In this document: piece by piece, positions 48,364 to 61,300 of the stretch
How positions within the stretch are numbered: position 1 is the first letter of the stretch
Layout: every line of letters begins with the position of its first letter
From: Schizochytrium sp. TIO01
Taxonomy: Eukaryota > Protista > Bigyra: Labyrinthulomycetes
Direction: 5' to 3'
DNA: 64,000 nt
Assembly: GCA_004764695.1 (NCBI GenBank)
Contig: SMSO01000025.1
Coordinates: 4,256,862-4,320,861 of the forward strand
The notes under the pieces: generated by a model
What the model was told of the DNA's origin: nothing
Database searches by the model: none
The model's input: only the letters and a program-made list of their open reading frames with translations
Program-made: the position numbers and the translations under genes

Positions 48364-51300
48364 ATGTTCCATAGTAAATCGTATACTCTACTGTACGACG
48401 AAGGCTGCGGTGCCTACATAAGATATATGGTAGCCCTGTCTACTGTGAATGATGAGACGAAGGCGCAGCTTATTCTTGTATCAAAACCTCAAGCGCAAAA
48501 AGGGCTGGCAGGAGGTAGAAGCCAGATAGTGGATACAGTAGGAGTCAATTGCTGTTTGGACGCCTCGCTTTCTCTGGCAAAGGTTCTCTTTTCTTCGAAC
48601 ACTTAAGTTCTCTGTAATCTCTGGGCAACTCAAGTCTGTTTTAGGAATGATTGAGGAAGCAGGTTTGTCATTCAGGATGTATTCATGGATTGTCAAGATG
48701 GAGCCACTTGCGGAGCTAGGTGCTGTGCGGGCAAAAGGCATCTTCGACGAGCTCGATCGATCGCTGGTTGAAGGAGAATAAGTTGAGAAAGAGGAGAATG
48801 ATTTTTTTTAAATGAGAAAGACAATAACGGTATAAGGTAACGAAGTTCTCGAGAAGCTGCAAAATCATGGGCTTGAAAGCTGAAGAGATGAGGGCAGGAC
48901 GCAAACGTAAAATAGTGAGCAACGAATTAAAGAAGTATTGAGAATATGCAATTCGGAAAGATTTAGTTTGGAAGATGTAGAATGGAGCCGAAGTTGAAAT
49001 TCGTGCGAGGTTGCGACCTAGTTGAGGCGTAATTTGGAGAAGGAGCACAACGAAGAGATTGCAGTGTATGAATAGATCACTTGAGATTGCAGTGATAATA
49101 TAGGGCTTATGAATTGCCTTAAAGCGCGTCTATGCAGGGAAGTGCGACCACAAACTTTCACTATCCCTAATTCATTTGATGGAGCCAAGCGAACAACTGT
49201 TAAGGGTGTGCTTCAAGCGAGGAATTTCAAAAGATTCTGCGTAGCCTGGACCTAAAAACTTGTTATAAGGTTCACGGGCTGTAGTCCTCGGGTATGTCTC
49301 AGTAATTTATGCACACGAAGCTTGGCGATTGTTTTGTTCATAAACAACATGTCGCAGATAGAGGTTTAGAACAGAAATGACAACATTTGCAACATCATAG
49401 AAATAAAAGTATCAAGATACTTAAGCTGGAAATGTAGAAGTGACAAAGGGCGTTCATCTAATTGTAAATCGTGCAGGTATAGTACGCAAGTTCACTCTAC
49501 CTATTCAAGCTAGATATTAGAAGAGCAAAATGCTGAGTGAGGTGAAATGTACCATCTCAAATCTTACAGAATAAATAAGAAACTTTCATCTTTGTATCTT
49601 GCATCGCTGTGCAGTTCTTGAAGAAGCAAGCTAATGTAATAAAAGTCTAATTGTCTGCGTAATAAAAGTCTAATTGTCTGCGTACAGGCTTTAAACTCAG
49701 ATACCCATGATTAAAGTAAGAAAAGACATCGGTTAGACTTGAGGTCAATTGGAGCAAACCTCGACTTTTCCATGTTGAGGATATTTTCATCTTTCTGAAA
49801 CCAGGCTCTTTATGGTATCTTTGGCTTAGAAAAGCAATATATTCGTGAGCCTAGATGGTTTTCAGTATTTTTTCAGCTTCGTAGATTCTTCGACATCTTT
49901 ATGACGCAAGCTTAAGAAAAGGAAGTATTCTGTGAGAAAAACCAGCACCACGATACTCCTTCGCATTCAACATCTTGCAAAAAGGAAAAAAAGAAAAAAA
50001 GAATAACAGGATCGCCGATCCAGCTCCGATCTCCCTTCCTTAAATATGCTGAATAGTCGCTCATCATCCTGAGGGTAGCATTTCACTTTCCGTTGTTGCC
50101 TCGCACCACGCAAACTTGGTGGTGAGTAGATATTTTCACTCCTATGGTCAGTTTGTGATGCATTCCTGCATCCCCTTCAAGCCATTGCCGTCTGCAAAAT
50201 CGTCCTCGCCAGCACCCGCACAACTTCTCTGAGCCCTAATAAATTCGCACACCACACTGTACAAGAAACAAGCAAACACGCTAGCTGGCCTAAGGTTAAA
50301 TGTCGCTTTCCTTTTTGGACTTCCATAGTTCATACAAACCCTGTAGTGTAGGAAGACCGCTGCCTTCTGAAGAGAGCATCCCCTTACTCCTCATGAGCAT
50401 AATGTTGTTTGCCTGTTATTCAAGCATCGCCATCTGATGCCAGCTCATAGCGATGAGCTGGTCCTCGTCGTCATAAGTTGAAGGAGGTCAGGCAAAGCGA
50501 GCTTGCCGCCGAATTGGAGAACAGCCATCTCTCTTCGTACGAGCATTCTAAATCAACCAGCACCGACCTCTGAACAACTCGTCATGAACATAATTCCAAG
50601 TGCTTGCGCCAGAAACTGAAAGGACTTGAAGCGCGAATTAATTGCCCCATCGCTAGCAAGTGCCACGGGTAGGTAGGTGGTATCTATGTAATTGCTCAAC
50701 TTATAAGGGTGGCCACGCGCGTGCCTTTGTTACGTTGCGCCACCCAGCTGACCACCCTCCGCCTCCGCGCCAAAAACCTTCTTCGCTGCTTGCCACGAAG
50801 CCTCCGGGCCGCCTCCACAACGTTTCGGGAGACCGACTGCTGACCACGGCGATGTATTCATCCTCATGCTGGCATCATCGCCACGCATGCGTCTTGAAGC
50901 TTCTTCAAGTCCTGGCAGAGCGAAGTTGAGTCGGACCTTCGTTGCTGTTGTAATTTCTGTCCTTTACAGCCGAAAAACAGTGAACTTTTTATTCATTTAT
51001 TTAATTATTTAATCAATTAATTAAAAAGGTATTTAAAACAGAATAGTTAATTAAAAACCATTCTCATTCTATTTCTAAGTTTCATAGTAGTTTCAAGATT
51101 CAGGGTAAACTACCGCTCGCTACCTGATCATGCTCAAGCGAGCTCGGAGCTTTCTGGCGCCTCTCATCCATACTGGCGTTTCAGGATTTACATAGGAGCT
51201 TCCCCTTGATCAAAGATAAAATGCTCGGTATCGCAGCTTCAAATTATTCGACTTTCCGGTTTTCTCAATCTTTTTATAGAACGAAAAAGGGAAGGAAGGT

Positions 51301-51490
51301 TAATTTATATACCTACTCGCTATTTATTTATTTTATTTTAAAAATTAAAATTAAAATTAAAAATTAAAACAAAAGGTGTTCAAAAAAGGGAGAGAAAGAA
51401 AGCGCCCTGAAAAGAGCGATCAATGAAAACCTGTAGCAGGGATGGCCCGGAATGGATGCGGTGATGCGTGGGCATAGGCAAACAGTCATA
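48364..51490 (+). pseudogene. Eroded ankyrin-repeat coding relics
   Basis: DTVGVNCCLDAS (48532), KNQHHDTPSH (49937), QGKLPLA (51101), MDAVMRGHRQTV (51452). Confidence 0.5.
49636..49684. repeat. Perfect 23-bp tandem duplication GTAATAAAAGTCTAATTGTCTGC x2
   Basis: Directly visible. Confidence 0.95.
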
Positions 51491-52562
51491 CGCTCTTGGT
51501 GGGAACCGTGTTTGTATCTAAGTCCGTCTGCCTGCATGTGTTATGCCGCTTCCTTCTCCTCTCGGGTACCGCTTGCATCGGTGTGTTTTCGTTGCTTGCG
51601 CCCGTGCGTTCGTTTCGAGGTCTTAGCACTTTCCTTTCCTTTTCTCCCTTTACAAAAAGAAAAGAAAAAAAGAAACACACGACAATAATGTTTTTTTTGT
51701 TTTGTTTTTTTTTTTTCAACAGAAACAACATAAAAGAGAACTCACAGAAACTCTGCAAATAAATTGCCTTTGAAGAGGAATGAGCTCGAAATAAACGATT
51801 TGCTCATGAAAACAACTAATCGATCTTCGATAAAATTCAAGGAGGCTTCAACTTCGCTGGATTGAAGATACATGTAGACTGCCCAGCCGACCAGCCACAT
51901 AAACAAGCAAGAGCCCAAGCAATACAGCAATCACAGAGCTGCCAGCACTGCGTATTTCGCGATCAGCCTCTCGAGTGATGGAAGTTGAACTTGGCTCCCT
52001 TCTAAGAATTCAATCGATTCTTCATTTCCTGCAGAACTGACTGACATCCTTCACCGACAGCGCTGCAGATCGCGACCTCAGCATCCATCTCCAGCCTCGA
52101 CGCCAGCGTCAGCAGGGGGGCAAGGCCATTCGCGAGGCGATTGTTGGATTGCGGACAAATTGCAGCAGAATTGCAGCAGAAATTGCAGAATTGCAGAACT
52201 GCAGAATTGATTGTCCATTGTGCATTTGCTCTCACGCTTGGAGTGCCTGATCGGGGTGGACTGTTTCTTGGCATTAGGAACGGCTGTTGCAAAGACAAAC
52301 TCGACGCAGAGCACGTGGGTGCGACAGTCAGTGTAAGCACGCACGCGGCAGGTGGAGGGAGGCACAGACTGTTAGCCTGGCGGCGGGCGGCGAGGCGAGG
52401 AGCGACATCGAGGCGCCTCCACAGAGGTAAGAGGCACCTGCTGCAGCAAGTTCTTCTCACCGTCATTGGATTCATCAGAGCAAAAGGGAACCCCCTTCTT
52501 GGTGCTTTGGAGCGCTGTCCATAATCGTCTCCGTGAAGCAGAGACCTCATTCGGCTAGCCAC

Positions 52563-52601
52563 CATACAGACATACAGACATACAGACATACAGACATACA
52601 T
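52563..52601. repeat. (CATACAGA)n minisatellite
   Basis: Directly visible, about 4.5 units. Confidence 0.9.
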
Positions 52602-53308
52602 CTTACAGGGTATTGGAGGTGAGTTGTTCTGCCGGATAGATTTGGGGATTTAGGAAGGGAACTCGTGAGTCTGCCGGATTACAAAGTCATTGCGGCAAAG
52701 GACGAACGACACTGCGAGTGCTTTCTTTGCAGAGGAGGAGACCTTGTGCGGCACAGCAGGACGTCGAAGCTTGGTACGAGGAGTCTGAAAGTGAAGTCTG
52801 CTTGCTGGGCCTCTTCCGACTAGAAACGTGAGACAAAGGGAAAGTGCTCTTAGAGAGGCGGGAGGTTAGTCTTGTCCCGGAGACGAAATACATTGCGAGC
52901 GCGCCGACTTGCTCCGATTCGGGGCAGCACACAACTCGCAAGGTCTTCACCATCTTGCACAACCTTAGAAACCAAGTCAAGACGCTTGCTAGTGACCAAA
53001 GGGACGCTCTGTGTGAGAAAGGGACTCCAAGGGCCATAGGGGAAGGCCCCGTTCGCCCGTTCGTGACCAAACCCAGCAGCGAAGGCTTCGCGTGCTTCGC
53101 ATGCTGAGAGTTTTGGACGGTTGACTCCTCGCCTGAGCTCGTGCCACCGAATTTTCATTGCCAAAACGCAAATACACTAAAACCCCGTGTACCTTTCTTC
53201 ATATTCATTAAGACGCTCTGTACATTGCTGTCCAAGGAACGACGCCTTGAGCAAGCATATAAGGGTTGGAAAACAAAACATATTTCTTAACACGAAAGAG
53301 GATAGCGG

Positions 53309-55108
53309 ATGGAAATACAAGATAGCGCGCAGACGGCGCCTGAGGAGGCTGCAGAAGATGAAACGCTAACAAAAGAGTCCAAGATTGGCTCAAGTACTGG
53401 GGCAAGTTCATCGAAATCTGATACAGTCGCAGGGTTCCCCCCATCACCGCCATCTCATCAAAAACGTGCTCCACGCTCCGTGGTGCAACATCTTCATATT
53501 TTGGTTGATGAAGACGATGACGATGACGGGGAAACGGGCGCCAGCAGTCTGGTCCACGGAAAAGACAATGGGATGAGTGACTTAAGTAGCGGAACTTTCG
53601 ACGAGGCAAACACCAGTATCCATCTGGCCTCTCTATCAGAAGAGGCAAAATCACCTGGACCAATGTCCTTTGATCGACAGATTCAGGACTTGGAATCTTA
53701 CTTTCGCGAGCTTGTAGCTCAGGAGAGTATTGACAACACTGATCATTCTCAGGACCCAAGCTTTCACGGAAAACACCGCCTTGTTCACTTCCACAGCCAA
53801 GACCGTCTCATGGTATTTACCCCAGCGCAAACTCCGAGGTCAAGGGGAAAGTCAATGCTTGATGGAGTCATGCGAAGAATGCGACGTGCATCAAAATCAT
53901 CTCCCTCACTTCCGGAGCCCTCGCCATTTGCGCTAAGTGGGCGAGACCGCACCATGTCAAGCCCAGAATCTCCGTTTCAGTCGCGTAAAACGATAACGCG
54001 AACCCAATCAAGTCCGCGGAACAAGCGACATGGTCAAGTGAAAGCAAGCCAAAGCACATCCCAGCTTCCGACACCCTCAGCTCTGCCTCCAACTCCTCCT
54101 GCAAACAATACCAAGGCCAATGCACGTGCAGATGCTCGCGCAGGCCAGGAATCTCCCCAACGTAACACATTGCCAAATATGCATTCACAAAAGAAACATC
54201 AACATCACCAAACACCCCGGTCTGCCCGATCAACCAACAGAGGCATGCCAACAAGCCCGCTCTCGCGTCTTCGCTCATCCTTTTTCTCAAGGTCACCTAG
54301 CAAAGATAGTCTAATGTCTGCTCAAAACAGCAGTCCGCGTAGCCAACCAGTCTCCGTAGACCGACATGATTGGTGGCGCAAGAACTCGAGTCTCGCAATT
54401 GATCTTCTTACGCAATCTCCCTCTTGTATCATTGGGATGCTTACAAACGAAGAGTTCTCATTGACACAACGAAAGCAGCTCGTTCAAGAAGTCCAATCGT
54501 TGTGTCTTTATAATGTAGATAGTGATACACGTCAACAGCTCTTGCTAATGAACCTTGCTGATGAGCTTTTACGCCATGAGTTTCGTAAAGCCGCGGACAG
54601 TTCGGAGGGAGGCCAAACAGAACTTCGCAGCAGTAGTAGCGGCGCTGCGCTGTTCCTCTCAGCGTATGTGCGACGGACAGAGTGCGAAAGAGCAGCCAAT
54701 GATATTATCGATACAGCTCTGGACCCTGCTCTCGATAAAAATGGCCCGTCATCGGATCCCGCGATTCTCGCAGGACGAATTCTTCGAAAAATGAAACCCG
54801 AAGCATTCCCTGTTGGAGTTCGCTTACTGTGTCGGCAAATAAACGCCCTTGCTCAAGACGAGGAAGAACAACAACGTCGTGTGAGCGGCTTTTTGGTCCT
54901 CAAATACATTAACCCAATTCTGGTTGCGGGGCCTAGAGGAGTTCACTCCCAGCGTCAGCTCATCGAAGCGGCTCGATTTTTGCAGCATTTAGCGAATCAC
55001 GCCTCGTCCCCAAGGGCTATCACAAAGTCTGCAGATCTTGACGAGTTTTTGGCCTCAAATCGCACTGCTATGCGCTCTTTGCTCGCGTCATTTCACGGGT
55101 CCAACTGA
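53309..55108 (+). CDS. Ser/Pro-rich protein with a divergent C-terminal RasGAP-like domain
   Basis: ELRSSS (finger-like), FPVGVRLLC, SGFLVLKYINPIL (FLR-like), LIEAARFLQHLAN. Confidence 0.8.
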   Translation: MEIQDSAQTAPEEAAEDETLTKESKIGSSTGASSSKSDTVAGFPPSPPSHQKRAPRSVVQHLHILVDEDDDDDGETGASSLVHGKDNGMSDLSSGTFDEANTSIHLASLSEEAKSPGPMSFDRQIQDLESYFRELVAQESIDNTDHSQDPSFHGKHRLVHFHSQDRLMVFTPAQTPRSRGKSMLDGVMRRMRRASKSSPSLPEPSPFALSGRDRTMSSPESPFQSRKTITRTQSSPRNKRHGQVKASQSTSQLPTPSALPPTPPANNTKANARADARAGQESPQRNTLPNMHSQKKHQHHQTPRSARSTNRGMPTSPLSRLRSSFFSRSPSKDSLMSAQNSSPRSQPVSVDRHDWWRKNSSLAIDLLTQSPSCIIGMLTNEEFSLTQRKQLVQEVQSLCLYNVDSDTRQQLLLMNLADELLRHEFRKAADSSEGGQTELRSSSSGAALFLSAYVRRTECERAANDIIDTALDPALDKNGPSSDPAILAGRILRKMKPEAFPVGVRLLCRQINALAQDEEEQQRRVSGFLVLKYINPILVAGPRGVHSQRQLIEAARFLQHLANHASSPRAITKSADLDEFLASNRTAMRSLLASFHGSN

Positions 55109-55559
55109 TAAACCAGAAAATATACCTTTCTGATGTACTATAAATCAAGGTCAACTTGATTCATTTTCAAGCCAAGCAAATCTGACCCTCTCTTCTCATA
55201 GTCAAGGTTGTTTGCCCCAATCTTCGCATTCATTGTGACGTGTACATACAAGTGTCTTATACAGCAGCAGGAGCAGCCGCAGCCGTTGCATTGCCAACAT
55301 GTCTTTTTCCCGTTGCTTGACACAACGTGCTTTTCATTTCCTTTTTGCACCGTATCTGTTTATTCTCAGTATCATTTCCTATTTTGAACACCATTTTACA
55401 TTTTCACAGAGATCTCCTGAATGTATTCCTCAGAAAATTACCGAGAGTTGGCCTCATATGGCCTCATATAACCTCTCTTCTTTCATGTGATACTTAGCGT
55501 AAAGATCCGCATAGTCTCTAGTGCAATTGCGCGAAATGCAAATACGAAATGTTACTTTG

Positions 55560-56210
55560 TCTTAAGGTGATACAAAGTATGTCACCCTCAAGCTGAGAGG
55601 TCATCAATGACCTTCTCGTGGCTCTCAGAAAAACAACTTACTGATTTGTTGCGACTGCCTTTAATTGCGTGAGCCTCGGATCGAGATCAGAGTCGACCAT
55701 TTTACTCTTGTGATATGCTTAGATCAGCCTCAAATTCACATTCGGGAGTTAAATGTGGCAACGACATCATCGTTAAATCCTTGGCGTCTGATTCTTCAGT
55801 AATGAGAAACCCAAACGAACCGCAATCTCTTTCTCCTTTTCCTTTTCCTTTTCTTTTTTTCCTTTAACTTTAAAAACTTTTCCTTTTTCTATGAGTGGTT
55901 TGCCGAAGAAAACTAGTTGCAAATACACTCCATTTCACCATTTCATATGTATCCATCAGCTAGTTTTCCAACCTAAACGACTTTGAAGAGACCAAGCAAT
56001 CTCTACCGCTGCATGCAGTTTCTACGACTAGCTCATGCGTTACTTTTATTCGCCAAGCACGAAGCGAAGCTATTATATTCACTCCTCATTTTAGCAACCA
56101 CCTCACCTTTATACTCCTCTTCTCTTATCATAGTGCCCCCTCCCCATATAAAAGCTGCAGGAGGAGCACATCTACAGCTTTGCTATGGTCCTCTAGGGTC
56201 ATATGAGGGG
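55560..56210 (+). pseudogene. Eroded ankyrin-repeat coding relic
   Basis: HSGVKCGNDIIVKSL (55739), LPLHAVS (56003). Confidence 0.45.
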
Positions 56211-56491
56211 GGGGTTATCGATTACAAGACTCGTGTGCCACGCGGGAATGAGTGATCATCGAGGACAGCGCAGGCCTCCAGTAGGTTATAAGGGTGCAAA
56301 TAGGTTATAGATATTTAGCTGTGTGTAATGTTGAAAATAGCCTATTGTCGAGGGAAGCGGCAAGTGGAGTTTAATTGGAGAGAATGAGTGAATGAAATGA
56401 GTTGTTGAATGCCATTGTAAATGAATCAATCAGTCACTTGATCGATTGATCGCTTGAAACCGAAGCGGGTCAATTGAGTCGCATTGCGACG

Positions 56492-57730
56492 ATGAGGCCT
56501 CGTGAGCTCTTCGTGAGCACTGCCCATGGTCTGGAGCGTTTGACAAAGCGTGAGCTAGAGCTTATTCCGTTTGGCACCTTGCCTCAGCCTGCAACTTCCC
56601 CTGCGGGCGTGAACTACTTGGGCCATGATCAAGCCATCTTCAGGACGAACCTGTGGCTACGAACGGGCTCGGCGTTGCTCGTTCGTGTGGGACGTGGAAA
56701 GGCTGAGTTTGAGAAAGAACTGGTGACTAATTTGAGGAAACTAGACTGGGGAGCGTACTTGCAGCCGGACGACACCAAGATCAAGGTTCGGGCCACCTCG
56801 CGCAAGTCCAAGCTCATCAACACGAGCCTTATCCACGACGCGGTTTTGACATCGCTCAATAGGTATCACAATGAAAGCTCTGAGAACGAGCAGGAGATTC
56901 ACATTGCCTTCAATAATGACCATTATGTGGTGTCAATAAACAGTAGCGGTGACAACTTGCACAAGCGCCACTACCGCCAGGACGTCGCCACGCCTATGCC
57001 TCTGCGCGAGTTTGTCGCAGCAGCCATGCACCTGAGCACATGGGCTGCGGACAGGGCAGACGCTAGAGACCCACCGTTAGCTACGATCATGGACCCGTTT
57101 TGTGGCTCTGGAACTGTGGCCATTGAAGCAGCACTTCTCATGTCTGGCTGTGCCCCAGGACTAGTGCGGATACAGAACCATCCAAGTCGCGCGTTCCCAT
57201 TTGTGGATTGGCCTTCATTTGACCAAACCAAATTCCAAAACATCGTTGAAGAAGCAGAGTCGCTTCGCATTGAAACCCCGCCCACTGGCGAGCCGGTGAT
57301 TTTCGGCTTTGATGCGAGCCGACCTGCAGTGGAGATTGCAAGGAAGTGTGCCGCACATGCTGGCGTTCAGGCCTGGTGCCAGTTCGAGCAAAACGATATT
57401 CTCACGCAGGGCCTTCCTGAGGTGAAGGCAATGCCTAACCATGCCAAATGCGTAAGTACTAACCCCCCGTATGGACCCCGTTTTAAAGAAAGCATCCCCC
57501 CACTCTACGCCAAGTTCGGTTCAGAGATGAAAAAGAAGTATGCCGGATGGCAGTTAGCTCTTTATGTCCCGTCAGACAAGTGGTCACGTCAGAATGTCTC
57601 ATTAATCTCGCCACACGCGTACCACAAAAATACAACTCAACAGCTGATTATGGGTAATCGCAAAATGCGCATCCTTGACATTCACGAATTTGAAGGAAAA
57701 TCCACTAATAATGATGAAAAACAAACATAA
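56492..57730 (+). CDS. RlmL-like (THUMP + UPF0020) RNA guanine-N2 methyltransferase
   Basis: GLE.L..EL, NLWLRTG, SSGDNLHKRHYR, PLREFVAAA, DPFCGSGTVAIEAA, NPPYG. Confidence 0.92.
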   Translation: MRPRELFVSTAHGLERLTKRELELIPFGTLPQPATSPAGVNYLGHDQAIFRTNLWLRTGSALLVRVGRGKAEFEKELVTNLRKLDWGAYLQPDDTKIKVRATSRKSKLINTSLIHDAVLTSLNRYHNESSENEQEIHIAFNNDHYVVSINSSGDNLHKRHYRQDVATPMPLREFVAAAMHLSTWAADRADARDPPLATIMDPFCGSGTVAIEAALLMSGCAPGLVRIQNHPSRAFPFVDWPSFDQTKFQNIVEEAESLRIETPPTGEPVIFGFDASRPAVEIARKCAAHAGVQAWCQFEQNDILTQGLPEVKAMPNHAKCVSTNPPYGPRFKESIPPLYAKFGSEMKKKYAGWQLALYVPSDKWSRQNVSLISPHAYHKNTTQQLIMGNRKMRILDIHEFEGKSTNNDEKQT

Positions 57731-58342
57731 ATTTTAGTTCTTGTCCTTTAGTTTCTTCCTTTGTTTATGCAAGTTCATTAATTAAGTATTTGAAGAATGA
57801 TATGGCTATAATGGTACACATTTTTTCCAAATGCAGTTTTAACTTCTCTTAAATAGAAAAGGATCAAAATTAGACTGTGGAGAGGAAACTATCTTTTGAT
57901 AAATCTGCTAAGAAGTGGTGTATTGTCTGCAAGGATATTCCAGTAGTGTCTTGAAAGAATCCTCTATTTAATATTTTATTTTTCAATTTTTAACATTTCA
58001 CTGCTGAGCGACTAATTGATTGCACTGATCAAGTATTGAATCAGTCGTGACAGATGCTTGAGCTGCTTTCTATTTGATATTATTGTTCCTTCAACGGCAA
58101 CTACCCATAATTGACACTTTCCCATATTCAACATTGTTCAGTACTTTGAAAACGCTCTACAAATTGTTGAGACTTGCAACTTTGAATTTGTCCGGAGCAT
58201 AACTACCAAGCCTCAACAAATACAGGTGCACTTTAGATCGTCGTTCATGCTGGCATTCTTTCAATCAATTGTTGTTTCGAATCACCAGTTTCAAGTGACA
58301 GCTTTTTTTTTTAGTCTCTGCTAATATAAAATTATTTAGTTC

Positions 58343-61300
58343 TTAGGTTTTCTTTTCATTTTCGAGCAAAATCACGTTGGCAAGGTTTGGATAGTCTTCA
58401 AAAAGGGTTGCCGGAAAAGCGACAAGAAGAAATTGTATATCTTGCATTTTCCGATTGACCTGAACATAGCGCTTGAACACAAAGAATGACCCAATTATTA
58501 GAAGTACCCAGTATACGCATAGTATATATCTGCCTCGATAGATTTGAGTCTCAACGAGATCCTCAAAATATTCTCGGAAGTATGTCATCGATTGCTCCAA
58601 TGCCTCAGCCATTACCTGGATTGAAATTTGCGACTCGGCAAGTGTGACAAGCGGTTGATCCATACCGCCAGAAAGTGAGATGAATTGTTCCATCAATGTT
58701 GCACTTGATTCTGTATTGTTTTCCAAGATTGCAGAAAAGGATAGGTTTGCCATCTCCTTGAAAAGCGACATTCCTCGTTGAAGACCAGTATCCATAGCTT
58801 CACTCATTGAGTTGTCTGGATATAATGTGCATGTCTCAAGACATGCAGATTCAAATAAAAGACTATACTGATTTGGGAAGGTTGACTGATCTTGCACTGC
58901 TTGAATACCTTCCGTCTCGTTTCCGTAGGTTAAAGTATAATCCAAGTGGGTAACATCCTTGAATGCAGAAGCTGCATATTCCCATTTTTCTGTGTCCTTC
59001 TCATACCATGCACTCCATGAGGCCTCAACATCTTCAAACAAACCATCTTCCATATAGAACATTGTCAAATGGGTCTTAGCCCATCTCTCACCTGCTGCAT
59101 TCACCATCTTTCCAAGTGAGAGACGCTCCGACAGCGAAGCATCCTCTACATAAAATGCAATCACAACATAAAGTAGAGTGACCAGGAAGGGAGCACTTTG
59201 GAGTGTTACGAGGGATACTACTGTAAACTGGAGCTTCCGACGCTCGTGTACCTCTCTCTTCTTGCGCTTGCTCACTCGAGCTTGATGGGCTGGTACAACC
59301 CGAACTTCACGCTTCGGTGAAAATGTTACTCTCGAGCCACGTTTATGCGAAGGTTCCGAGTCCTCGAGAAATGACTTATCTGAACCTTGACGCCCAAACT
59401 TGTCTCGGTTGCTTTGCTTCATTATTTCAATCTCCTCTGCCACCGACCGTTCGGCAATGCTCTGTGCGCCTGGAGGAATTGGCTGGTCATCATGACTCTC
59501 TTCGCCATCATCAAAATCATAATCGAATTCCTCCCTAAGGCGCTCTCTCACAGTGGTGCAACGTTCTTGTGCTTCTGTGAAGACCCGCTTCAAGCTTCGA
59601 CGTGGCACCTTAAACAAGGTTTTACAGCTTGTCTCGTATGACACATACGCCTCGCGGATTGTTGGAACTGTTACAAAGATTGTAAAGAGCAAAAATGCAG
59701 TACCTGTAGCAATGACGTTAGACCACTCATAATCACGAATAGATTCCAGCTCTGATGCAGCAATATTAGCATAGTAGCCACTGGCGAGATTAGAGCCCTC
59801 AAAAGTCTCCACGGCAGCATTATTTAAAACATATTGACACGCACTGTCACATGTATATGAGCTAAAATCGTCGTCTATACTTTCGAGAATTGCATATACA
59901 CTCGTAATGACTTGATGCACTGCCAACCATAAACTAGTGTATGAGAAACCAGTCCGTGCGTCCTCAAAAACTTTGATTGTAGGCTCAGAATTGAGTTCTG
60001 TCAATTGCTCGTAGCCATCATTTACGCTAGATTCTGTCACGGAGAGATGCAGTGCCAAAAGCTCTGTGGAATCATTCCGTAGATACTCTAAGAATGCACT
60101 AGCACTTGACTCTGAAATGTTATATTTTATGCCATGATTCAGGCCGTTCACCATGACAGCAAGGTCGATTAAGTAATAGCTACGTTTCACTGAGTTGCTG
60201 ACCTGGGTGATTGCTTCTTTCCCGTTCGCGTATGCGCTTTTGCGCAAAAACCACTCCATCACCGTTAAGGCAAAGCAAATACTTGCTGCTAAAATTGTTA
60301 AACGTCTGTACTGATGCACTTGCTTTCCTTTTCTTGCCATACCTCTTTGGACTCGCTCATAAACTGAGCGCTTGCGCCCGACCGTGGAATTCATCTCTGA
60401 AGATCCTAATGAGTGAGTTTCGTCTTCATGGTCATGCTCTTCGTCCAATGCCAAGGCATCAGCAAAATCATCCATCGAAGGGCGCTTTCCTTTTGAAATC
60501 TGAGTTTGAGGCCCACTTCGAACGAGTTGGGGCTGTCCCTCTGCTCCGACACTCCTATAGGATAGCGGGGCAACAGCAGCTTCGCCTGAAACATTGCTAT
60601 TGGCCTCTAAATAGCGTTTTCTCCCGAGAGTGCCGAACCGAGGTAGCTTGCGTGAGGCTGACCGAAAAGAGGTTTGCAAGTTTCCAACATTTCGATGCGG
60701 AATCAGGATACTCTCAGCTTCATCTTCAATATCGTAATCTTGAGATAACTCATCACTGTCTTTCGAGGGTTGTTTCTTTGTATCGTTTTTGGTACTTGCG
60801 TTGTCAAGACTTGCATTGGCAACACTGTCAGCGTCATTGAATGATCGACCTTGAGAGATATCATCAATCTCATCCTCAGCGGGTGTTCGAAGCTCATTAT
60901 GAACTTGAGTTAAAACTTTGCCAGTTGCATAATTGCTGTCTCCAGTTCTGGGAGAGTTATCAACTACGATTGGCGGAGCTGGGCTCTTTTCGTCATCGCT
61001 GGGCGCGGCTTCAATCGGCGATAAAGCTTGGTTTTGCTGGCGGATATTTTCGAGAAGACTGAATTTACGTGGCAAAGCATCCGTGCTGTATGCAACCGAA
61101 GAATCATCTCCAGGAGGCGCGAGCGCGAGTTCCATGTCGATCGTAAAAAGAGCGATGTCAATTTTCATCTCTGGTTTGTCCTTGTAAGCTGGCACCTCTT
61201 TATGAATGATCTTGGACTCAACCGTATAGTTTATTCCGTTGATCTTCATCGTACCTTCGCTGTCAGACGAAACAAGGTGCTTGAAGCTAGCTTTCTCAGT

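Noticed and set aside
52002-52601. 199-aa minus-strand ORF
   Set aside because: Begins within a CATACAGA minisatellite and crosses simple repeats; not protein-like
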